NCBI GenBank assembly: GCA_026770705.1
Contig: JANJGN010000026.1
Span: forward strand, 29,822,001-29,886,000
Reading direction: 5' to 3'
Length of the DNA stretch: 64,000 nucleotides
Source: Isurus oxyrinchus
Taxonomy: Eukaryota
Positions within the stretch are counted from its first letter, which is position 1; every line of letters begins with the position of its first letter. This document shows, one piece after another, positions 13,590 to 22,986 of this stretch. The notes beneath the pieces are model-generated. The model ran no database searches and had not been told where the DNA came from. It was given only the letters and a program-made list of their open reading frames with translations. Position numbers and translations under genes: made by a program.

Positions 13590-14570
13590 TTGGAGGCTCA
13601 TCATAGCAGGAGTTCTTCAGGATAGTGGCCTAGGCCCAAACATCTTCAGTTGTTTCATCAACAATCATCTTTCCATCATGAGGTCAGAGGTGGGGATGTT
13701 TGTTGATGATTGCACAATGTTCAGCACCATTCGCAATTCCTCAGGTACTGAAGTAGTCCATGTCAAAATGCAGCAAGACCTGGACAATATCCAGGCTTGG
13801 GCTGACATGTGGCAAATAACATTTGCATCACAGAAGTGCCAGGCAATGACCATCTCTAACAGGAGAGAATCGAACCATCAAGCCTTGACATTCAATGGCA
13901 TTACCATCACTGAATTCCCCACAATTAATATTCTGGGGGTTACCATTAACAGAAACTAAATTCGACTATCCGTATAAATGCTGTGGCTGCAAGAGTAGGT
14001 CAGAGGCTAGGAATCCTAAGGTGAGTAAGTTACTTCCCCAATCTCCAAAGCCTGTCCATCATCTACTAGACACAAGTCAGGAGTGTGATGGAATACCTCC
14101 CACTTGCCTGGATGAGTGCAGCTCCCACAACAGTCAAGAAGTTTGACACCATCCAGGTCAAAGCAGCTGGCTTTATTCACTCCCTCCACCAGCAATGAAC
14201 TATGGCAGCAGTGTGTATCATCCACAAGATGCACTGCAGGAACTCACTGAAGGCTCCTTCAGCAGCACCTTCCAAACTCATGGCTGCTATGATCAAGCAG
14301 GACAAGGACAACAGATAGAAGGGAACACCATCACCTGGAAATTCCCCTCCAAGCCACTCACAATCCTGACTTGGAAATATATTGCTGTCCCTTCACTGTC
14401 GCTGAGTCAAAAACCTAGAACTCCCTTCCTAATAGCACTGTGGGTGTACCTACACCACATGGACTGCAGCGGTTCAAGAGGCAGCTCAGCACCACCTTCT
14501 CAAGGGCAACTAGGGATGAGCAATAAATGCTGGCCCAGCCAGCGGCACCGACATCCCATTAATCAATTTT
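13590..14570 (+). mobile_element. CR1/L2-clade LINE 3' portion
   Basis: MFVDDCTMF..MQQDLDNIQAWADMWQITF RT-end motif; further copies at ~46690-47055, ~51150-52115, ~60090-60715 (-) and ~61940-62300. Confidence 0.75.
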
Positions 14571-15059
14571 TAAAAAATTACGAAATCTCAACAGAATTCC
14601 AGATTTCCACTGTATTTTCTGTGGTGATTTCTGACATAGTTCCTGAACAGCCGAGTCTCAATTACACAAATAAATATACATAATAAATTATTTGTACATT
14701 TAAATGGTAGAAACTATTTTATTCTTAACTAGTCATGCAACAATTTTTTAGAAAAACATAATTTTAGTAAAATACTGTGGATGCTGGAAATCTGAAATAA
14801 AAACAGAAAGTTCTGGAAATCCTCAGCAGGTTTGGCAGCTTCTGTGAAGAGAGAGAAACAGATTTAACATTTCCAATCCAATGATTCTTCTTCAGAACTG
14901 AGTAATTCCAGCATTCTGATTTCATTTTAAACACATAATTGATGTAAACTTTATTGTCCTTACAGGTATCTGGATGTAAATCTGATTTCAGACCTTCCTC
15001 TGAACAGTTTTCAAACTGACTGCAGCTCATTGTCCTTCACTAAAGTCCCGGATGGAAAC

Positions 15060-15430
15060 CCTCAGCGCAAGATGGCAGCGGCCGGTTGCCCGGGTAACCC
15101 GGGCCTGTCATCGGGGATGAAGCCCCACCTCCCGGATCCGCCCTGACTCCCACTCGCAAGATGACGGCCAGTGAGCCCGCTGCCCCCGGGTCTGTCACCG
15201 CGAAGAAAAAGTCCAGTTCCCGGCCGGAATTTGTGACAAATCAGCTTTCAAAATGATATTGAGTTTCAACCAATGAGGGAGATCCGTGATGAGCCCCGCC
15301 CCTCATTCACTCCGATTGGTTGGAGGACCTGTTGCTGCCGCTCGGATCTCCAGTCCCGCCCCCTCTTCCTTTTGGTCCGGACCTGCCATCAATCACCGGG
15401 CTTTGTGAGTTGAAGCATGCGCAGTATTGA
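15060..15430. promoter_or_regulatory. CpG-island promoter cassette (YY1-like AAGATGGC, GC boxes, CCAAT, GCATGCGC)
   Basis: CpG-rich; right part homologous to 746-950, left part homologous to ~9980-10060 at the 5' side of the minus-strand ZNF gene. Confidence 0.5.
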
Positions 15431-15714
15431 TGCTGTAGCTGGAGTGAGGCCTGTCGGCCCCAAACCTGTATAAGAAACTTCTGGTCCCGCGTTTGTATCG
15501 AGCGGGGGAAACATTTGCGGCTTCTCCCGGCGATAGGCCTGAGTTAACGGTCATCATTTTTATAGAGGCAGCAAACCCGCGGGAGGCAGAAAAATCAGAG
15601 AGAGAGTTTGTTGTGAAATCAATGGGTTGTAAACCAGGAGGTCAGGGTTACAGTCAACAACAACAATTTCTATTAATATAGAGCTTTTAGCATTAGAAAC
15701 CATCCCAGTGCAAT

Positions 15715-16480
15715 TCACAGGAAAATTATAAAACAAAGTGTGACACCGAGACACATGAGGAGATAGGAGGGCAGGTGACCAAAAGCTTGTTCAAAGAGGT
15801 AGGTTTTAAAAAGTGAAAGGAGGAAAGTGAGGTAGAGATGGAGAGATGTAGGGAGGGTATTCCAGAGCTTGGGGCTGAGGGAACAAGACATGGCGACCAG
15901 AGTAGGGAATGTACAAGAGATCAGAATTAGAGCAACACAGATTTCTCGGAGGGTTATGGGACTGGAGGAGATTACAAAGATATTATTTTTATTACAAAGA
16001 TAGGGATGGATGAGGCCATGGAGGGATTTGAAAACGATGAAAATTTTAAAATCAAGACATTGTTCGACTGGGAGCCAATGCATGTCAGGGAGCACAGGGG
16101 TGATGGGACTTGCTGTGAGTTCAGACTCAGGCAGCAGCCGTTTGGATGGCCTCAAGTTTACAGAGGGTACAATGTGGGAGACCAGCCAGGAGTGAATTGG
16201 AACAGTTGAGTCTGGAGGTAACGAAGGTGCGGATGAGTGTTTCAGCAGCAGATATGCTGAGACAGGTTGGGCAGTTACAGACTTGGAAACGGGCAGTCTT
16301 AGCGATGGCACAGATATGAGATCAGAAATTCATCTTGGGATCAAATGTGACACCAAAGTTGTGAACAGACTGGTTTCATCTCAGAATATTGCCAGGGAGA
16401 GGGATGGAGTTGGTCAGTGGGAAATGGAAGTTGGAGCAGGGACCAAAAACAGTGGCTTCAATCTTCTCAATATTTAACTG
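15715..16480 (-). mobile_element. L2-type LINE 3' fragment
   Basis: ORF 15715..16311 has SPITPVLPDMHWLPVEQCLDFKI..KLWNTLP, the L2 C-terminus. Confidence 0.75.
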
Positions 16481-17462
16481 GAGTTAAGTAGTCAGCAGGG
16501 AGAGAACCAGGAACCAGAATGGGCCCTGAGACTGATACCAGTTTTAACTTAGCGTAGGAGAGAAAGAAGGAAGGAAACCCTGGGAGGTTTGGAGAGACCT
16601 CACGATTGCTCATTAAATCTCCACACAATACGTTCTGGACACAAGGTTAATGTCTGCTATTCTGTGTGGTTGGTCAGGGTTTTTCAGATAAATGTTTTAA
16701 GTCATGAATGAATTGAGTTATTAAATATATTGTTATCTCCAGTTGTACAAATTTTTTGAAAGGATATGGAAAGATTATCTAACACTTTATTCGGATTTCA
16801 GCACAGAGAGGAGAGAGACTGTGTGGGATGGAGATCTGTGGCTTTGGGAGAACGTGAGAGGAAAAATGTTCTATAGAAATTAGAATTGTCTGTTCTGATT
16901 TTTTGTCTTGGACACACAGTGATGATTTTTGGAAATCCCTTTTACAAGATATTAGAAGAGGATTTGTGGACGGAAAACTCAAACCAAACATCACATCAAC
17001 ACCTGACCTACCTATCTAATCCCATTTACCAGCACTTGGCCCATAGCCTTGAATGTTGGTCAAAATGTCAAGGCCCATTGGTCCCTAATAGGCCCCACTC
17101 TTTCCCTGGTTATCCTCTTCCCATTGGCATTGAGAAAAAAATATTTAGATCCCTGCAGTTAAATCTTTCAGATACTGAATTGTAGATTTTTCACCAAATA
17201 TCAATTTACCATTGCAGTAACAGTTCATAATTTTATTGTCAATGGGTTCCTACTGAAAGTTTTTGAAATTAAGGGGAAGGATCACAGATGATGCTTTTAA
17301 AAAGGGACACTGCAACCCTGAAAATCAGGGACATCACCAGAATATTAAATTCCAGCCAGTTATAGGGTTGTTAACATCACCAGAAACAAAATATTGCCAG
17401 ACTATCAATACTAAACAAGCTTACAAGCAGCAAGAACAGCAGGATCCAACCCCTGCAGTCAC

Positions 17463-17960
17463 TTATGAACTGGCTGATGTCACAGGAGGCATTGTGCCTG
17501 AGTGAATCCCTTCCCACACACACAGCCTTTGAATGGCCTCTTCTCAGTGTGAGTGCGTTGGTGGGTCAACAGGTTGAAAGACTTTGCAAATCCATTCCCA
17601 CACAGTGAGCAAGTAAACAGTCTCTCCCCAGTGTGAATTTGCTGGTGTGTGGTGAGGTTGGATGACCGACTGAATCCTTTCCCACATAAGGAGCATGTGA
17701 ACGGTCTCTCTGCAGTGTGAGTTCGTTGGTGAGCAGTGAGGTTGGATAACTGTCTGAAACTCTTCCCACAGGACGCGCAGCTGTGAATTGGCTGATGTCT
17801 CAGCAGGTGGGATGACACAGTGAATCCCTTCCCACGCACAGAACAAGTGGATAGTTTCTCCTCACTGTGAATGCTGTGTTGTTTTTTCAGGCTGTGTGAC
17901 TAGTTAAAGCTCTTTCCACTGTCAGTGCACTGAACACTCTCACTCGGGTGTGTGTGTGTG
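17463..17960 (-). pseudogene. C2H2 zinc-finger pseudogene / frameshifted ZNF
   Basis: Finger repeats in ORF 17480..17839 with frameshifts at both ends and a deleted linker. Confidence 0.7.
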
Positions 17961-19647
17961 TCTCGGTGTTTTTCCACTCACACTGAAGTTCAAAATCTTT
18001 ACCCACTGACAGAACAGACAAACATTTCTCCTTCCACATTCAAAGTCTGAGGATATTCAGGTCCTGGTGAATCGAGTGACTCCTTCAGAAGATGTTTGGA
18101 TTGAGTTTCACATCTGCAAACCCTTCCCTTCTAATACCCTGGAAAACGAGTTTATAAAAGTCATCATTGTCAGTCCAGGATAGAAATTCAGAACAGACAG
18201 TTCTAGTTTTAATGGAATATTGTTTTCTCTCTTGTTCCCCCAAAGCTGTAAATCCACGTCCCACACACTCTCCCTCCTCCCTGGGCTGAAATCCAAACCC
18301 ATCTCGCCATCTCCAGCATTTCTTTCCTCCACTTCCAGTTTTCTCCCTCCCACTCCTCTGCCTGGGTTCAGTTCTCCAGCTCCTATCTGTAGACTGACAA
18401 TAAAATCAATGAATAAGTCATTTTTCCTCCTGGTCACAGACACCCTCAAGCCACGTCCACTCTCTGTTCCATCATCGAGGTGGCCATACATGCATCTGCT
18501 CCCAGATGAACCAAGATAACGGCCGTTAATCTGTGCCTGCTTCTGGAAAGAAGACCCAAAGCTGCAAACGTGGGACCTGCAGGTTCTTATTGGGGGTTTG
18601 GCGTCTCCAGCAAATGCTTCTGAATTCTCCCTGCCCACCTCCTAGGGTTTCCTTCATCGAGATCAGAGTCCTCACTGGTTTCAACTGCTGAACACCCTCT
18701 CCCTGGCAGGACTGTATTGAGTTTCCATACATACGAACATACGAATTAGGAGCAACATAGGCCATTCGGCCCCTCAAGCCTGCTCCACCATTTGTTATTA
18801 TCATTATCAGTAAGATACATGGTGAGCTCATGGTGTCTGGTATCGAGCTCGACAAAAAAAATCACAGATTATTCTAAATATATTGGTCCCTCTAGACTGA
18901 TATTAAAGTGAAACCCAGAACAAAATTGGGCTCCAGTTATTGAGACAGAGAGGGGCGTTTCCCAAGGAGAGGATTCACTTGTCTGTCCGAGCTGATGACA
19001 GCTACGCACCAATGAATGAGAGCTGCAGATAGTTTCTTTCTCTGGTTGGTTCCCTCTCCCTCGCTCTGACCTTTTTAGCTTGTCTGTCCCTTTGCCTCGA
19101 TGACTCTCTGCTGGGTCAATCTCTCCTTGCAGTAAACATTCCCTCCGCAGTAAAACACATGGATATAAATACGGTAAATTGGGAGTGAAGACAGAATAGG
19201 ACAAATCGGCGAGCAGGCAATTACGCGTTAACACCTTCAGGCGTCGTGAATGTCAGTCTGGAGTTTTCACATTGATATCGGACATAAGTCAATCAATAAA
19301 TGTCGTTTATGTTTGTCTCATTCAGTAGGACCATAGTGATCAGACACCATAGCGACGGCGCGGTAAATATAAACTGCACGGGCATGGAAAGGAAATATGA
19401 GGCAAATTTATTGGACCAAATGATGGATCAAATAAAATCCACATGTGTTACCACGGCTGAGGGTGGCTCCTTTGTGCTGCATTTGTATGTTTCACAGACA
19501 TGTCATGAGTGTGTGAGTGGACATTGAGGATTATGTCCAAAGCCCTTTGTTGCACCTGATTAAGTATGGATGCGTCAGGCAATGCTGGCCCTGCAGGCCC
19601 ATTTGTGTTGAGCTAACTGAAGGTTCGTTGGATTAAAGTCTTCCGGG

Positions 19648-19747
19648 TGCCCCTGCCTCCTTGGTGTAGTACTGGGTCACCGTTCAGCCCCTCGGCCCCG
19701 CTGGTTTTACAGGTCAGGGTCAGGGACTGTCTGGGTAGCGCCGTCTC
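19648..19747 (-). pseudogene. IgH-type V relic (FR1 plus scrambled downstream pieces)
   Basis: Minus strand reads ETALPRQSLTLTCKTSG, resembling shark IgM VH FR1 (ExxxPGGSLRLTCKTSG), followed by EGL and a shifted QYY; no RSS or acceptor. Confidence 0.5.
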
Positions 19748-20162
19748 TCAAACACCACCCAATACAAACACATCAAAACAAACACATGCACCGACCTCCC
19801 AGTTCATTACTGTGGGGAAAGGAATGCGACAGCGCAACTGGCAGAAAGAAAAGCTTCACTCCCCCACCCCTGTATCCCAGAGTATTATGGGAGGGGCTTT
19901 CACATCCGGATCACAAACCAAATGAAGAGGCAGAAAATTGCAGCCTCCTTTTATAAACCTGTCTCTTATTCACACAACGCTTAGACAGCGACTCTGGAAC
20001 GGTGCGGCCCATCAATGATCACAGCGGAACTGCCCTGTGAAAAGCAAATCAGCACCCCTTAAATATTTCAGTCCAGCTCTGAGGTCCGGTCTCCCAGTGC
20101 AGTCCAGGGCTGCAGTCTCCAGCTCCCCGTCATATAAATCCCCATCTCCAGGCAGCAGAACG

Positions 20163-20205
20163 ATGGGAATCCTCCTTGTTTTCACCTTGTGTATCTGTTT
20201 ACACC
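20163..20205 (+). CDS. Leader exon of NAR-TCR V
   Basis: MGILLVFTLCICLH plus phase-1 donor C|GTGAGT; TATAAAT at 20133-20139; splices in frame to the acceptor TTCCAG ending at 20351. Confidence 0.85.
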
Positions 20206-20351
20206 GTGAGTATCGATCAAACAAACCAACATTGTATGGATTAATATAAAGCTGCCCGAGTCCATTCCAATTACAGACACTGTCTGGGGTTTTAACCCCT
20301 TCTGTGGTTTGGCTCTGATGGTCCATTAAACTCTCTTTGTTTAATTTCCAG

Positions 20352-20650
20352 GCTCTTTCAGTCAGTCAGTGACACAGACCCCGGCAACGGTGATCAGGAA
20401 GGAGTGTCAGTCTCTCACCATCACCTGTGTTTTCTATGGCGGTTTTTTCGCTCGTCCTTTGACGGGCGCGGATTTCTTCAGACAAACCCAGACCGGGACA
20501 GAGCGGAAGCGGATCTCCAAAGGAGGGAGATTTGTTGTGTCGGTGAATGAAGCAGAAAAGACATTTCTGCTGGAAATTCGGGATGTGAGAGTTGAAGACA
20601 CCGCCACCTATTACTGTAAAGCTCAGTATAGGTCCAACATGCGGTACAGT
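20352..20650 (+). CDS. NAR-TCR (IgNAR-like) V exon, apparently with a germline-fused D
   Basis: RSFSQSVTQTPATVIRKECQSLTITCVFYGGFFARPLTGADFFRQTQTGTERKRISKGGRFVVSVNEAEKTFLLEIRDVRVEDTATYYCKAQYRSNMRYS; vNAR-type short FR2/CDR2 (ISKGGR), extra FR1 Cys, open frame. Confidence 0.9.
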
Positions 20651-20678
20651 CACAGTGGGGTAGACCTGAGCAAATACC
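20651..20678 (+). other. 12-bp-spacer recombination signal sequence
   Basis: CACAGTG-gggtagacctga(12)-GCAAATACC. Confidence 0.85.
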
Positions 20679-20993
20679 TTTGTACGATCAGATTATAAAT
20701 TCTCCGGACCCGGATAGTGAAATGTTGGGTTGATGTTATTATCACTGTAATCTGGTTACATTTATTTGTAATTTCCACCATTCAGTTATCTTCCTTTGAT
20801 GTTTTTCTAGGTTTATATGAAGCGAGCATCTCGTTACCGGGACCATTTACTCAGAGCTCAGGGCCTCACAAAGAACAGTTTGAACCGACAGAGACTTGGA
20901 AACATTGAATATTGTTTATTTATTTAAGTCCGCTAAATAATTGGGTGGTTTCTACTGTCTGATGATGATTTCCCAGCAGGTTGAGGTGTCGCT

Positions 20994-21032
20994 GGTTGTT
21001 GTACCGAGGAGACTGAGAGCGGTGTCATTGTG
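20994..21032 (+). other. 23-bp-spacer RSS 5' of J
   Basis: GGTTGTTGT-accgaggagactgagagcggtgt(23)-CATTGTG. Confidence 0.85.
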
Positions 21033-21085
21033 GTGAAACTATGATTATGTGGATGGATCCGGGACGGTGGTGACTGTCACAGCCG
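21033..21085 (+). CDS. NAR-TCR J segment
   Basis: NYDYVDGSGTVVTVTA (IgNAR-type DGxGT instead of F/WGxG) ending in phase-1 donor G|GTAAGT. Confidence 0.88.
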
Positions 21086-22109
21086 GTAAGTAACTCCAAA
21101 CCCCGCCGGGTTGCAGCCTGTCCCGGGAAATATTCACCGTCAGATTATTATTGATATCACTGGAGTTTGGGTGGGATGTGGGAGTTGACGGAATCTGGAC
21201 CATTATTGGTTTTACAGGCACTTCGAGGATAACATTAACGTCACGGATCTCACAATCTGAATCGCTTTTAGTGAGCACAGATTGTCGGCGCTCCGGACTC
21301 CACTCCCGATGTTAACTGTGACCGAGGGAGCTCTGTCTGTCCCTAAGAGCCCGGGAGCGGGGTCGCAGAGCTCTCTCCTGGGCAGCAGATTGCAGTCCGA
21401 GCCGCGCAATGTGAATGAGGTAACGGGTGAATAAACTCAACATAACTGTGGCCAGTTTGGATACCTGCAGCGGCATAGCTGACCCAGGAGAAAAAGGGGA
21501 GAGTACCACAAGGGACTTCAGATACAAGATGTGGATCCAGATGGAATTTTATTATTGAGCAATCAGTGATTGAAATTAGTGACATTGCCCCCTGCAAGAT
21601 ATCTTAAATCAAGTCAGGTATTTAAAGCTTCCGATTGTTAACACCGGAATGACAATTGTTCTCTATTAGTTTCACTCTTCGAAAAGAACACTGCTTTCAA
21701 TTGCCATCATAAACCAATCACTCTCATCCTTTTCTGCCCTCAGACCGAAATGTGGAAGTTTGGAATTGCAGGTACTTCTCTATATTGAATGTAGATGTTT
21801 GAGAAATGGGATTGCTGTAATTTATCTGTATCCCTGATTACTGTGAATTAAAACAGCACAGCACAGTGAGACAGTGAGGATGATGCATTAGTCTCATAAA
21901 GGAGAACAGGGACATAAGGAAACATTTATAAACTGGGGGAATGTTCATTTAGAAGCAGCAAGAAATAATTCATCGAAAGGGGAAGGATTGGAGGATCTCT
22001 GGCCCATTCAAAGTACAATCCGAGCCCAGGGTAGTTGGTGAGGTGCATGGAGGGAAGGACTGAAATCGACTCCAGTTTGGAATGTTGTTTAAAGTTATGA
22101 TCTCTTTGC

Positions 22110-22620
22110 TTAAGGAAGGATCTACATGCCTTGGAGGGAGTGCAACAAAGGTTAATCAGACTGATTTCTGGGTTAAAGGGATTGTCCTATAAGAGGAGAT
22201 TGAGTAGTCTGGGCCTATGTTCCCTAGAGTCTAGAGGAATGAAATGTAATCTCATTGGAACATCTAACATCCAGGACAGGATAGATTCCCAGTGGGTATT
22301 TCTCCAGGCTGAGAAGTCTCTAACTAGGGCCCACAGTTTCAGAATAAGGATTCGGCCATGAGAAATGAGAAGAAGAGAAATTTCATCAGTGAAACCATTG
22401 TTGTGAATCTATGACGTTCTCTACCTTAGAGAGCTATGGATGCTCAGTGATTGAGTGTATTAAAGGAAGTGTTCAATAGATTTCGGGATACTAAAAGAAT
22501 CAAGTGATATGGGGACATTCCAGCAAAGCTATTTTGAGCTAGGAGATGAGTCAGGATATTATTGAATGGCGGAAAAGGTTTGAAAGGTAATATGGCCGCT
22601 CCTGCTTCTGTTTGTTCTAT
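22110..22620 (+). mobile_element. CR1-type LINE 3' fragment
   Basis: ORF 22131..22361 EGVQQRLIRLISGLKGLSY..TRAHSFRIR. Confidence 0.7.
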
Positions 22621-22986
22621 TAACTGCTTTGATCTGTTACGCTTCTGAGAAAAGAAATCAGGAACAATCCATATCTCTGTGGAGAGAATGAACAGGCCAG
22701 GTCTCTTGTCTCTGGAGAACAGAGAAAAAGGAGAATTCATAGAAATCATTAAGTAATGAATGGGTTCATTTGGGTGGTTGTGGAATAGCTGTTTATTTGT
22801 GGGTGAAGCTGGAGCCATTAACATAAGATAGTCACTAACAGAACAAATAAATACGTGAAGAAGGAGTGTAAAAACAGGCAGATTAGAATGTGGAATTTGC
22901 TGCCAAAGGGAGTGGTTGGAGCAAATAGTATTGATATATTTATGGGAAGACTTGAAAGTACAGTAGGGAGAACGGAACAGACCGAC

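Noticed and set aside
12888-13604. 238-aa Pro/Ser-rich ORF and other ORFs overlapping Penelope and LINE copies
   Set aside because: Alternative frames or antisense of retroelement coding sequence
20679-20993. Search for a free D between NAR-V and J (CACTGTA at 20743)
   Set aside because: No heptamer pair or correctly spaced nonamers
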